Shown: positions 28,217-42,697 of the stretch, in pieces | Layout of the letters: every line of letters begins with the position of its first letter | Numbering within the stretch: position 1 is the stretch's first letter | NCBI GenBank assembly: GCA_000320545.1 | Contig: ADNK01003179.1 | Location: 62,001-126,000 of the forward strand | DNA length: 64,000 nucleotides | Reading direction: 5' to 3' | DNA from: Bigelowiella natans CCMP2755 | Lineage: Eukaryota; Protista; Cercozoa | Notes under the pieces: model-generated | Databases searched by the model: none | Told to the model about the DNA's origin: nothing | The model's input: only the letters and a program-made list of their open reading frames with translations | Translations under genes and position numbers: made by a program

Positions 28217-28556
28217 GATTTCAGCTCCCGTCTATGCTGCAGGTTTTATAAAATCCAGATCCTACTGCTTTCGAAACTTCAACCCAGGGTGTGTTTCCGG
28301 TTTCGCAGGAAGTAGTAGAAGAAGTTCGTTACCGACTCCATAGTTATTACATGGGACACCGTTGTTGTTGTTGTTGTTGCCAGTTAAGTCTTACCGTGTT
28401 CAGCGACACATGTTACGCCACAAAACCCCAATAATTCTACCATAAATGCAGGGCGTTTTTACATTTTTTTGAATATGATCGAAATCTCCTCTATTTTAGC
28501 AGCTGCGACAATGTCAGCGGGTGGACCAAGATTATCCGTATAATTCATGGCAGAAC

Positions 28557-29748
28557 ATGCAGAGGGCTACAAACACTTACCGCCCCCGACCTCAGCCCCG
28601 CTCCAATTCTGTGGAGAGTGAGGGAAAATCTTCCACCAACCGAGAAAAGTCAAATGACAAGAATAATGACAGCTCCTACTCCCATCGTATGCGGACACCG
28701 TTTATGAAGCTTCAAGCTGTTTCGCGTGCGACTGGCTCCGCATATATAGAAATGGTAGTTGGTGACACTACTTGAATTGGAGAATTAGCAGGGCACTTAA
28801 TCATCGTTTCATATGTGCTTTCTTAGTCCTCACGTAATGTTTTAAATCATCCACTCAAACACCATCCTTCTCAAATAATCAGGAAGGTGTGAAGGTCATT
28901 TGCGGTGTCTATGGACCAACATCCAACCCTCGAGCTTCTTACAGTGATAAGGGCTCTTTATCGTGCTCCGTCGAGTTCGCACCCTTTGCGAAAACAAATA
29001 GGAGGACAAGGGAAGATGAGCAAGAAGAACGAGCAATTTCATTAGTTCTGGAGGAAGCTTTGACGGTGGGTATTAGTGTTATTATCATGTAGGAATTGTT
29101 GCCCTGAGTGTTGCACTTAAATCCTGGTCGCTAGGTTTCAATCCAGCTCGATAAATTCCCAAAGGCAGTAATCAAAGCGTGGGTTGTTATTCTAGAAGCA
29201 GGAAAAGGACACATAGCAGCTGCTATATCATGCGTATCACTAGCTCTTGCAGGTAGTGAGTACACAGCTGCAGCAGTAGCACAGCGGATGTAGTAATTGT
29301 ATATTATTTTTAGATACTACTACTACTTTGACCAGCTACTGTTACTTGCGATTTCTCTCGTCATCACCATCTATATGAATCATCAAACAGATGCCGGGAT
29401 AGAGCTATACGATCTTGTCACTGCAGCTTCAGTTGGCCGATTAAGGTAACAAACGTCAATCTACACGTAAACATTTTTTACGAGTCTTATCGTAATGTTC
29501 CCTGCAGTTCCAAAATAGTTGTGGATCCGGGAGAAAAAGAGTACCAGCGCAGCGACTATGAGGGCTCGCTGTGGATAGCATACATGCCTTCGTTAGGTCA
29601 GATAACTTACATAAGCCAGTCAGGAAGAATTGATCTCGACGCATCTCAAAAAATGCTAGAATTGTGTACAGAAGGATGCATAGCGCTTCATTCTGCGATG
29701 AGATCGTGTCTCGTTGAAAGTGCGAAGAAGCTTGACAGAGCATGCTGA
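28557..29748 (+). CDS. MTR3: Exosome complex RNase PH subunit Mtr3/EXOSC6
   Basis: FMKLQAVSRATGSAYIEM, KVICGVYGP, GSLSCSVEFAPFA, IQLDKFPKAVI, CVSLALADAGIELYDLVTA, AYMPSLGQITYISQSG. Confidence 0.88.
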
Positions 29749-29789
29749 CATGATTCTCATCAGTATAAATGTTAGACCGAATCACAAGC

Positions 29790-30500
29790 ACTATGATCGT
29801 ATCATGTAGAAGTCACACATAAATGATGCCAGCATTCATGCATACGCGTATGCCACAAGCAATTGCGTAAATTTGTTTCATGTCGCAGACATAGTCGATT
29901 AAGTCTCTCAAGCGTAGCGTCCCGTGTACTACATTCATCGCATTGTTTTAGTCGATCAGCATGCAACTACTCACTTTATTTTGCCTATCTGCTAGTCGAT
30001 TATTCGTGCAATTTGTCACTGCGACAATGACACAAAACATAGTGGGCTCTGGACTATGCGTTACGTCCCGCATGTGTCGCGCGCACACATAGCGTAGAAG
30101 CAATAATCCATAGAAAAGAACAAAGAAATTAACATAAGCTTATATAGCGCTGTAGCCGCCGCTTCATTAGCTACATTAGGATGGCTACTCGACTCATTTT
30201 AATCATTCGCTACATCTGTTTCATAGGAACCTTTTCAAAAAAAAGTGAGAGAGAGAGAGCCAGCGCTTCTCATGCTCAAATCGAACATTTAACATCTGCA
30301 TATGCATTAATCGGTATATCTAGGCTATCCTACGATCGTCTACCCGTAGCGTAGTGATCAGCGCGCATCGCATCGTATCAATCACGCACAGCTGTATAAC
30401 GATAAATTTAATGGGCATGCGCGCGAGCGACTACGCTATATGATTATGGTTGTGATGAGGATGGCGATATATCACTAATAAAAAGTTGATTATGGCATGT
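29790..30500. other. RY/palindrome-rich block D5 at convergent junction (MTR3+ / SNF2-)
   Basis: CATGCATACGCGTATG, CGCGCGCACAC, GCGCGCATCGCATCG, GCATGCGCGCG. Confidence 0.65.
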
Positions 30501-30587
30501 TGATCGACAAATATCTAGATATTCGACACATTCAGGCATGAAATGTGATTCATTTTCGTTCTTAGGTTGACTAATATATCCCTATTT

Positions 30588-30632
<45 letters not shown>

Positions 30633-30647
30633 TTCCCAGGTGTGTAT

Positions 30648-33600
30648 TCATGTGAGATCGATTGCGGTGTCGGCACTGGCCCCCTTCCCTTCAGTGATAA
30701 CATCGGTAAGCTGTACTTCTTGAGATGATGATGATTGAACGGCAACATGTTGCTGCTGCTGCTGCTGCATCTGCTGCATTGTGTCGCTATTTACAGCTTT
30801 ATCGCCAACCCCATTCTGCTGCTGCTGCTGCTGCTGTTCCATAGCGATCCGAAATACATCTTCCTTAGACAGCCCTTCTGCTTTCAGCTCATTAAGCATA
30901 ACCTAAAAACCGCCGTGTGTTACATGAGTAACACATTATACCTCCAACTTTCTCTCATACCCCCCCCCTTCTGCTCTCTTTGCATAAATAGTAATAATAA
31001 CAATAATAATAATCATCATCACTAATCCTCTTCCATCTAATCATATTACTTAGTAGTAGTACAGGCAAGCACACAACCTGTGGTCTTTCCCATTGAGTCT
31101 TCTGCGTATGCCTATTGTAGAAGAAGACGTTTCCCTCGCTTGTATGGACCTGCCACGTGCTAGATAGCATTGGACTGCCTTTGATAATCAGCTCGTCATT
31201 GATCGCTTTCAAAAGCCTTTCCGCATCCTTCTTACGTACCTGCAGCTTCTTCAACTCTACGTCGTTGACGTGCAGTAGTTTCTTACCAGTTATGTTACAT
31301 CTTTGGAATTCTGACTTGAGAAACCCGCAGCTGTAACGCTCCAGAAAGTTCATGACCTAGTAGCATATAGCAGGAAGAACAGCATTTATTAGTTCTAGCC
31401 GGCTTCCATACGATTGGTCATTACCATCACCATCATCATCATCTTCATCATCATGCATCATCATGATCATCATCACCACCATTGCCAGCAGCAGCAGCAC
31501 TATTTTTATACTGCTACACGAACATTTCTCGCTTGCGTGCTGCTGCTGGTACAACATCTACTACTACCTCTTGGAGACCCCAAGTCTTGACTTGTTGCAG
31601 CCTTACGTTGGGGTAGGAATGGTTGGTGAGGGGATGGCTATAATTGTGGTGGTAATGGTGCGTCAGCTGCTGGTGGTACTGCGACGAAGATGGCAAGATC
31701 TGGAGGTCGGCAGTAGTCTGCTTAATGCTATTCTCATATGAAAGTTTAGCGCGACGACGTTCCCGCTCGGACAATTTGTCATCCTCGCGGTGCTGAAGCA
31801 GGTCCTTTGACTTATGCATGCCCTTAATCCAGGCATAGTCAGCCACTGAGAATCGTCGCCTAACCGGGTAGTAGTAGCTTCTCCCCCCCTTCCTCTTCCT
31901 CTTGCTACTGTCTACTGCGGTGTCTTGCTCCTGATGATGCTTATACGCAGCAGCAGTAGGAGCACCAGCTGGAAGCTTCATCTCCTGATGCAGAAATAAA
32001 CCGCTGCTGCCGCTAATTGCGGGTAGGCTCTCCCCCTCACGCCTACTGAGGGGTGGTGGCACGATGTGTTCTTGCTCTCCTTCTTCATTCTCCTCCGCCT
32101 CTGCTAGGATATGGTCAGCAAGTGCCTTTTGTCCGGACTTGGCATACTTTGAGCATAACCATACGAGGGGGGAGTTCTTCGACAGCTCTACTACCTTGCC
32201 GTATCTAATGATGATATGATCATAGTGATGTGATGATGATGGTGATGATGATAATCGTATGAAATCGTATGAAAAGTGTGCCGGCGCGACAATGAGGATA
32301 TCTATCTGGGCATACTTTACACAAGAATACAAAGAGAGGGAGAGAAAGAGGAAGAGAGAGGGGGGAAGGGATGGAAGGAGGGTGGGGGGGGGTAATAGAA
32401 TGCAACAGTAAAAGTACATCTTACAGTGTGTTTCGATTGCTACGGCGCTTCTTGTTTCCGACGGTGCCATTGTTGATCGGTTTCAGTTCTTCAATCTCCT
32501 TTACATCCTCGTCCTCACTATCACAGAGATCGAGCACGATGCGGGACTCCATCAAAGGCGTCGCTGCCAGCTCCTCTCCCTCTGCAGCGGCAGCAGCAGC
32601 CACTTTGTTGTTGTTACCCCCTTCTTTTTCGTCGTCAGAATCATACAGATCATAAAGTTCCTCGTCCTTTTGTTGGTAGTTGGATGATTAGCAATCGTGG
32701 TAGATAGCAAATTGTTTCTTGGTGGTAGTGATGGTGGTGATACTCTCTTGCTACTCTTCTCCTAGTGTGACTACATACATATAACCTACCCTTCATAACC
32801 CCCCTTGCATTCACACCCAGCACAATGTAGTAGTAGTAGTAGTAGTAGTAGTAGTGTTACCTTAAACAGATTATCCACCTCATGCTCGTCGACGATGCGC
32901 AGTGCCATTCCTAGCTTGGTAATCTGCCGCTCATAGATTCTCTGCTCCAGTGTATCCGCCGAGACAAGGCGGTATATATGCACGGGCTTAGTCTGACCAA
33001 ATCGGTAGCATCGAAATGTCGCCTGGAGATCGTTCGCCGGGTTCCACGATATGTCCATGATGATGACGTGATTACCGCCGACGAGATTAATACCGAGTGC
33101 TCCAGCTCGAGTAGAGACGAGGAAAACGCATGATGATGATGACGACGATGACGATGATGATGAAGATGTAGCATTGCCATCTACTTTGTTAAAAGCATCA
33201 ATATCGTTTTGTCGCACTGCCGCTGATGTTGAGCCGTCAATGCGGAAATAGTCAGTACCCTTATTAAAGCCAAAGATAGTTTGTAGGAAACCTTCCACCA
33301 GATCAAGAGTCGCTAAACTCTGGCTAAACACGACAGCCTTATCACCGCGGTCAAGAATACGCTGTAGAAGGAGAAAGCATATGACAAGCTTGCCGCTGTG
33401 ACGGTAGTCAACAGGAGCGTTGGGGGGGGGAAGGAGCCCTTCCCACCAGTTCGTCACCTAATTGGATTATTGGAGGCAGAGAGAGGGAGGGGAGGAGGCA
33501 GGTACGTGTTTCATTGTTGAAGTGTTGATTGCCGAAGATGTTCTGTGATTGGTGATAACGATGATGATGATGATGATGATGATGATGACGGTAGTTAACA

Positions 33601-34433
33601 CCTCGGCCTCAGATGCCGCTGTCCCGCTGTCCTGACTGTTGAGATTATTACTAGTCGGCATTCTCATCCGGAGAACACACGGATGGCTGCAGAGCTTTCT
33701 GAGCGTGTGGTATGCTTTGAACAAACCAACCTTTCCTCTGGTGCAGTGCAACGATACGTAGCGCTTGTACAGACGCTTCTGCAGCGGGGAGAGGCGAATG
33801 AATATGCTGACATCGTGCTTGGGTGGTAGCTGAGTCTCCAAGTTGGAGTAATCTCTCCGATGCACGAAGCCACGCAGCAGATCGTGTAGCACAAACGCGC
33901 GGCCCTTCATCAATTTCTTATCACGCAATGTGGAGTCCCGGCATTGTCCGTTCTTGATCGGATTTTCGAAGCGGTTCTGGAACTCGGCCCGTGTACCGAG
34001 AAAGCGGGGCCTGACGAAGTCAACCATGCAGTAGTATTCCAATAAGTTGTTCTGCAGCGGCGTCCCCGTTAAGATCACGCGGCGCTTTGTCCGGACATTC
34101 TTGATCACTTGACCGATGCTTGACTTGTCGTTCTTGATGCGATGGCCCTCATCCACAATTACCAAATCCGCGACCTGTCATACGTTAAGTCACAGGGGGG
34201 TGGGGAAGCATGATGATGAATGTCGCTAGGACGAAAGGACGACGACAATGATTTGTTAACAACACGTCAGACTTGACCACACCATTGAATAAGATCACCA
34301 CTACGACAAGGAGCCTATTCGATATATGCTAGTACTCGAATTGAAGAGACTCTTTTCCCTCCCTTCATGCTGCTGCAGCTAACTATGGCAAAATACAGCA
34401 TCCCGACAAAATGCCATCTGCTGCTCTACAATA

Positions 34434-34469
<36 letters not shown>

Positions 34470-35832
34470 CACTACTTCTATTTCTACTACTATGAGACCT
34501 GCATGCACAGGTGATATAATTCCTCTTTAATGACCGCGTCCTTGATGCGCTTGCCCTGTGCTAGAGTTCTAAGCATCTCGAATCCAATTATAGCTACACC
34601 ACCAAGCTCTTGCCAACGGCTCAGCACAGCATGTCGATGCTTATAGCTCTTCACCTGCGCTACGTCGAATACATTTATGCTAGCCTCCCCTGTCAGCCAC
34701 TTCTCAGCGAGCTCGTGGTACCAATTCTTGACGGTGTTGACTGGGCATATGACCATCACGCACTGGCCAACCCTCATGCGGAGGAAAGTTTCTATGAGGG
34801 TAACAGCCTGAATCGTTTTACCAAGCCCCATAACATGGCTCAGGATGCAGCCTTTTCCCTCGTCCCGTCGCCCTTCCTCAAGCGACTCTACTATATTTTC
34901 CCACATAAACTTGACACCTTGAACTTGGTGCGGCTTCAGTATGCGCGCAACCTCAGGAGCCACAGTGACCTTGGCCTCGCCTTCATTCCGGCTTGGATTC
35001 AAGCACCCATCCCAGCCCCCGCCTTTACTATCGTTATGGTTGAATATAATCCTTTTGTCACAGCAATCCTGGAAACAGCATCAGAGATAAGTGTCTTATT
35101 TGACAACGATCTGCTCTTTTTACTGACGTTAAATTGTGGAATCGAAGGGGAGGGGTGGGTAGATGAAGTTATAAAAGTCCTCAGAAAGAGTATTTGTCCC
35201 TTCGTAATTTAGTCCGATTCCCATCTTCCATCTATGCACTTCTATTTGTAACTACAATGCAAATGCTGCACGTCAGTGGTGGTGACCTGTAGCCTCTTTA
35301 GCCGCTCCCGCTCAAGTCGCATTGCCTCCTTTGTATCCTCCCCAAGATCAGCAGAGTCCTTCACTTTTCGGATATTTTTCCGGTTATTCCCTCTCGTCTT
35401 CCGGCGCTTGTTGTGGTCAGGTTCTTTGGCCGGGTCTTTATGATCCCCAGTTGTCGACGAAGATGAATCGACCTCCACCTCTGTTCTCCCTCGACGAGCT
35501 CTTTTTTTCATTTTCCCCGCCGTAGGCCCCTCTGTGTGGGGAAGTAAGAAGTCAGGATCTTTCTCTTCGCCTTTTTGTTCTGAGATATAAAATGGAGGTA
35601 GGACCGAGAGGTCAGGGTGAAAAAGGACGCAAAATTCTCGGGTCGATACAATCGATGGTAAACAGAGAAAGCATGCAATTCGATAAGCTTTGCGCTTTGC
35701 AACGCCGTCTTCACCTTCTTCATTGAAAGGTAGTAACGACTCTGGCAAGTTAGAATTCTCGCCAAGTCTCCCAATTCCATCAAAATCGAGGAGGTCCCCA
35801 ATTTCCAGGAGAGGCGAAGAAGGGCTCTCCAT
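30648..35832 (-). CDS. ATRX/ARIP4(RAD54L2)-family SNF2 ATPase with C-terminal SAM and WW domains
   Basis: LKPHQVQGVKFMW, GCILSHVMGLGKT, VDEGHRIKN, LTGTPLQNNLLEYYCMVDFVRP, FENPIKNGQCRDS, VVFSQSL, YFRIDGST, STRAGALGINL, WNPANDLQATFRCYRFGQTKPV; pre-helicase motif RKNIRKVKDSADLGEDTKEAMRLERERLKRL. Confidence 0.9.
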
Positions 35833-36239
35833 TACTCGTCGTCTGCTCCCGGACGACGGATTTTCAGAGTTCTCTGCGACAAATAAGTTTATTTGTCGCA
35901 CCAAATAAAAACTTCTACTTTGTGCTCCTCAAAATGTAATTGAATCGACCAGGACGTCATGAATAATTGTTTCGATCCGGGCAAATTTCGGAATGTCCAA
36001 ACGCTTTCCCGCCATTAGGTTGAATGTAAATGAATGTATTTCGAAGTAAACGCATAGGATTTTTTTCATCCGCCAATAAGAATCGTACGTCGCTCAACGT
36101 GTTTCTCACCTTGTTGCATCTCACTCCTCTTTCGACGATTGAACGCGTGAACATACTTCAAAGCTGCGAGTACGATATGAATACAACAGATGAATACGAA
36201 TTTTAACGTTGAGGTTCAAGTAGTATTTAAACACGACTG

Positions 36240-36981
36240 ATGCCAGAACAGAAAACAGGGGGCCAAGCGAAGAAAAGGGTGCGAGATGGGGCGAAGGGGA
36301 CAGTGGGTAGCAACGACGAGAATGGAATTAGAACCACCATAGAAAGTGTAAAACACTATAATCTAGAATTAATTGTGGAGAAAATGAAGCGTGGGATTAG
36401 CAGTGAGGTTGGAGACTTCAAAAACAGCAAGAGACAACGGAAGCAGAACAAAGAATCCGAAATTCCGTTTGGTTGGGCTTACGACGTTCTTTTTCGCCTA
36501 ATGAATCGATACCCGTAATAACAACAATAAGAACAAAAATTCCCCCCTAACTTCATTCTCTGAATTGATTCCCCCAGCATCGTATTGTCGTTAGCTTAAT
36601 GACTTTTCTTTGTCTAGGCTGGGATTGACTTATCCTGTGGCCATTTCGGAGCTGTTCAATCAATGGCAGTCGGATCGCCAGGTAGATGGAGAATTACACG
36701 ATTAGTTTGGCCTATTTGGCAGCCGTAGTTGATATTAAATGATGAATTCTCATAGATGCACAATATTCTTTCGTCATCCCTGCTAAATTTAACACTCGTT
36801 TCTGCGGTGATTCTTGGTCAGGTTTTGTCTCACCGTGCCGGAGGGCAGCTGAAAGAGGTGCTGTTCTATATTGATTATTTCCCTTCCTTTTCATTGAAGC
36901 CAACAGCACATACTTATGAATACGAATATCATCCATAGTTTGTGGATGTGGATGTGGATGTGGATGTGGATGTGGATGTGG

Positions 36982-37018
<37 letters not shown>

Positions 37019-37028
37019 TGTTCAATAA

Positions 37029-37069
<41 letters not shown>

Positions 37070-37514
37070 TAAGGTAGCATCTGTAGAATCAATCCATGCC
37101 CAAGGAACTGTGTCAGAGAACGCCGTCCTCGAGGCCAGTGTAGACGGCATCTCTCAACTTACAGGTCAACTTGCAAATCACTATCAGACTAGGACAGATA
37201 GGCAGATAGAGGAGGACGTGTAAAGACCAATTATATCCGCTCATTGCTGAAAGTCCAGCTGTACTATCCACTGAGCGGCCTTGTCATAAAAACTGAAACC
37301 GAGGGTCGCAGTTATTTCTTCGGAAAAGAGGGGGGGGATGGAAAGGGGATAGCACACCTAAATATCAAGCAACGAAATTCATAAGTTCCCATCGAACAGG
37401 AACGAAAACGTACATTATGCGGCTCAAAAGCACGGATACCACGGAAGGGTTTGGTCACACTACACGGATGGTTGACGCCTATCTCCACGTCAAGTTCCTG
37501 AACGTTAGTAACGA

Positions 37515-37548
<34 letters not shown>

Positions 37549-38964
37549 GGTTATGGTGGAGTGCTGCCGCTGCTGCTGTTACTGGTGGTCGTGATGATGA
37601 TATTGACGATATTGTGAACAATAATCTACAAACCTCTCTCTCCCCCTCTTCCTTCCTTCCTATTTCACGATCGACTCTCCATCTCATTGAATGGTTATTG
37701 TTGCTCTTGGCTTAGAAATCGGTCATGTCGACAATGATAACGGGTCAAAAGACCAACGTCAGAATGATTGGGATGAGAGTGGCTGGAGGTTGCTATTTTT
37801 AATGATATTGCGATCAAATATAGACGATGGTGTGAAGGGAAGGACAGGAATGAAAGGAGAGATTGAAAGAGAGCGTTCTTTTACCAAAGTGAGGGTCTGT
37901 GGCTTTTGTAACAGTGATAATTCATTGTGTTTGTATTCATAATTCATAGTATATTTATGTGCCATTTCTCTTTGCATTTTCTCTACTAATCTTTCCCTGT
38001 CGTTGAATTTTTAGAAAAGATCCTACCTACAGCTTGCATGGTGCTCCTACCACGTCATTTCAACAGGAAAAGTGCGTTACGAAATGGATGAGATGATGAC
38101 GATTCGACACAGATTATATTCATGCCAATAAATAATCGCAGATGTGTACAGCAGCAACATAGTATGCGAGTAGAACAAAGTTCATTCGTCAACGTATGAT
38201 GAATAGAATTCCCGTATAGGGTTGACGATTTCTTTACACGATCATAATTCATATCTTCATAAGTTTCTTTGCATTTGATTCGTTGTGTGTTGTGTCGCTA
38301 TTTGGATGGATCGAAGGTACGGATTTTGTAGGAACGGTTGTGTACATCGGTGCGGTCAAACGGCATAGGCAGGAGAATGGCGGCCACTATCCACAGCATC
38401 AGCTCAAGCATCGGAAAAGACGCCGTCGGGTGCTGCTGCGGAAGATTGGAGAGGCTGATCGGATCAATGGGGGGGAGAGCCAAAAGTAATCAGGCTGAAA
38501 CAGAATTAACACATTTCGAGGGAGAAGTAACATCTTCTGCATATTAACCTCAACCACTCCTCCCATGTGTTTTGTTTCCTCTCTTTCTTTCTCGCTCTTC
38601 TTCCTCCTAAATACTTTCTCCTTCACCTCAGCACAATTACCGTCTCCATCATCATCATCATCAGCAGCAGCAGCCTCACCATCATCACCATTACCACCTT
38701 CAGGTTGTCTGCAACGCAGCCCGAAACCGTGTCTCTCTACCTGTTCGACAACGATATAAAGCTGGGCTACTTGTTTGAACAGGTAGGCGTACTGCTGCAA
38801 GGAGAGGAGGGGGAGGAAGAAGAAGAAGAGGAGTGCTGGCAGCATAGTGTCTGTGCTTTATTTCCCTGCTAAGCCATCTCCCTTGCTGCTCAATATATTT
38901 GTTTAGGGAGACACTATTGCACTGTTCCAACCAAAGGAAGGCCTTGAAGCGAACTCGTAGGCTA

Positions 38965-39004
<40 letters not shown>

Positions 39005-40334
39005 GTTATTGTTGATGATAATTAGATGAAATTATGATAATAATTATAATAATAATACAGTATCAAACTAACATATAGTAGTGACTCCAGCGCCCATGTA
39101 AATATTATTCGTGCTTCTTCTTTCTTGTGTCGAACGGCTATGTTGCTGCTGTTCTGTTACATCTCCCAACCCGATTACTATTGATTCCTTGTAGTCTGGA
39201 GGTTGGCGAGGAGACAGTCATCTCTGTGTTTCCTAACAATACCTTGGCAGCAAGCAACACCCACCAGAAAACACAACCGCAGCACCAGAGGTATGACCAA
39301 CTCAAAATATGAGTAGTAGGAAAGTTCCTGTGCTCTGATATCAAATATTCAGTGGCTGATCATTAGGCGAATGTGTGTGCCATTACGAAAGCGAGTATTT
39401 CATTTTGCTATTATCATTATTGTAGTAGTAGTAGTAGTAGTAGTTGTAGCTAGAAATAATAAGCCATTTTTCAATTTCTGGTCAATGTCTACTCTCTACT
39501 GTAGAAATTAGCAAGCATGACTCCTTCAGATTATATTTATGGTTATGAGCGCAGGAGAGGGTGGTTTGAGGGTGATGTATATGTTCTTCGTCTCCCACCC
39601 CCCCCCCTTTCCCTCTTTCATCTTTCTTCGTATGTAATATACATGTAATATAGGGGAGCTACTTGTACTAGTAGCAGCAGCATAAAGCCGGTGACGATGC
39701 CGCAGCATCTAGCGCTTGAGCTGCAGGTAATTCCCCATTCAACTTGCCGCTTTAGAACTTAGAAAAATAAGAGGAAGAGGAGAATAACAACGACGAAGAT
39801 TTTACATATCATCCCTTGAAGCGTCGTCATCAGCCTACCCCTTGCTACTCTAAGCAAACCATCGTTGTCGTTGTTGTCGTTCCCTTCCCTCTCATGTTTC
39901 CCTTCTTTTGACTTGTTGCTCTGTTACCTAATTACCTTATCACAATCGACAACGATGATTCACCAGGGCGAGTTAGCGACACAGTCGTCGTCCCAGTCAC
40001 TGTCGCAGTCCGGAAAGGATATGGCTTTTGTTCATCTTGCTCTTCACCCGCACCGTGTGATGATCGCAGGTGATGCTTTGTGCTAAATATGATTCTCTCT
40101 TCGCCAATGCTGCTGAATGTGTTGCGATCTTAGCCCCCCCCCGCCCGTTTCTGATATCTTATGTGCGTGCGTGTGTACGTGCGTGCGTGCGTGAGCGTCT
40201 AACTGTTCCTATTATCACTACAGAAATACGTGAGCTCCTTGCGGGCACTAGCCAGTTATATGTGTCGTCGCTCTCTCTACTGCTGAAAGGTAGTAGTAGT
40301 AGTAGTAGTAGTAGTGGTACATATCGTTATGATA

Positions 40335-40419
<85 letters not shown>

Positions 40420-42666
40420 AGATGTGAATATGATGTATATTGTTAACCCATGCCCCATCTTGTATAGTGAACAGCATTACTGTGGAGGCTAATCCTCACT
40501 CCTCAAGAAAAAGTAGAAACAGCAGCACCGCTACTACTACAACTACTACTACCGTGCTTCTAGAGGTTGATCTATGTGAATAATAATAGTAATAATAATT
40601 CATGGTAATAATAGTTGGGAGAAGAAAAAGGGGAGTGAGCGCAAAAAGTCAAAATTTCTTCTTCGTTGTATGACTATATCGCTCCTTTTCGTCGTAGTCG
40701 TCGTCGTCATCGTAGTCGTTGTCGTCGTCGTCATCGTTTACTTACTTCATTGCTCACTTCGTGCGCTCACTAGGTGGAAGATGGCACTGGGACGGTCAAC
40801 ACAAGTTTTTAAAAGAAATAATGATGATGATGATGATGATGATGACAATGTTGAGGATGAAGCCCTCTCATTTGTTCTGCTGACACTCCTTTCATTTTCA
40901 CAATTTAAATTAGTCCTTACATGAGACATTTTTTAAACATTTTTCCGGAATCTTAGAGAATATGCAATTCCTTATCGTTTTTCTTTGATATTTCGTATTC
41001 CCCATTCTCTCTCTTACCCTTGTATCATTATATCATATTATTCTTATTCCTTCAAGATGCCTGTCCGGGTTGTGGGTGAGGAAGCTGTGGCGATTGCCCT
41101 AAAATGCAGAACGGTAACAATGATACATACATACTACTACAACTACTACTACTAAAACTATGAGTAGTTTCTGGTTTCTACCTTATATTTTCATATTGTT
41201 CTTGTCCACGGGGCGTTACCTTCCGATCGTAGATGTCTCCAAAATACATAATTTTCTATCGAGATCATCATTCTCTTCCCCATCCTCTCTCTCATGTCCA
41301 TTAAGAGCATCATGGTCATAATCGTAAGCATGAGAATATTTGATGTCATCACTCCTTTTCATGACGTTGTTGTTATGGTGTTGTATGATGTTGGCATTAT
41401 AATAAAGGGAAACCTGGTGTTCTTGTCGGAGGTGTCTTGGAATCCGACCGATCCCGCACACGACGGAAAGCTGGTACGACACGAAAAAAAATGAGAGGAG
41501 GGGGGGAAGGAGGGCTAGGGAAAAAAGGACACCGTAGTTTCGATAGCATCGCACCGTTTTCGTTGAGTATGTCCTGTGGCTATGAGCGGTCGATGTGGAT
41601 CGCTGGGCCAAAGAGAACAGAAGTTTTACCGTATCAAGGCAGCGATATAGATTTATGATTTATTGGAAGAAGGATACTTATTTAGCTACAGCAACGGAAA
41701 TATCAGCTGCATCTACCTTATCCTCTCTCACATGCCCATGACAATTTGTAACAAATTACTTAGTACGTGGTACAAACCCTCGTTCTCTCTCTCTCTCTCT
41801 CCCTCTCTCTCTCTTTATCTTTATCCTTTCTATGTTCAGGTTTGCAACAGAATTGTCAATGTAAACAGCATCCGCGCGATTTTGTCTTCAGGTTATTATT
41901 TGATTATTGATTTGGTCTCATATTCGAAGACGCTGCGTTCTGCGACACATACAATTGGGGGGGGGGGGGGGGGGGGGGGTGGTAGACAGGCGGGAGAATA
42001 CATCGTCGACTTAGCAGTCCCATAGAGAGGAGTGCACCTGAGATGATGCGTTGGTTGCTACTATCTTGATAGATTTTATTCGAAGAAGAACGATCAAGGA
42101 AATCGTGGAAGAGTGTGTCCAACGAAGAAGAAGACAACAACTCCTACTACTACGGCAAAGAGGAGCCGTCGCAGCAGCTCCCTCCTCCTATATTATCAGC
42201 AACTGTCTGGACCTCCTAGTCTGCAAGGCAACGGTAGTAAGTTGAAGAACAACAACAACAACAGAGAATAAGAGACATCCTCGAGAATTACAGGGGGAAG
42301 GGGGGGGGGCGATTGTTGGCCGGAGGGCAATATCGTCGGTATTTTCGTTGATTTATTGGTTCATTCGTTTATTTATTTTCCCTTGATTTATTCGTTGGTG
42401 TTCAATGTTAAATGAGGAGGATGAGCTCATCAGTTGTTTCACCATCGTATATTTGATCTTGAGGCAGCTCCTGCCACAATTATCATCCGCTTATGCTACT
42501 AACAATAATAATAATAAGAAGAAGAATAAAACTATTACCGAAATACAATGATTTCTTGCTCATCATTTTTAACAAATTAGATTGCGAAAGTGCAAGTTCC
42601 AATGAGTGGGACCCTAACGAGACGGACGCATATTGTTTGTGGGAGGGAGTTGTCGGTAGGACACAT

Positions 42667-42697
<31 letters not shown>

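Noticed and set aside
28511-28553. Upstream ATG plus a possible 16-nt GT-AG mini-intron extending MTR3
   Set aside because: The in-frame ATG at 28557 explains the gene, and no other ultra-short introns are needed in this window; needs RNA evidence.
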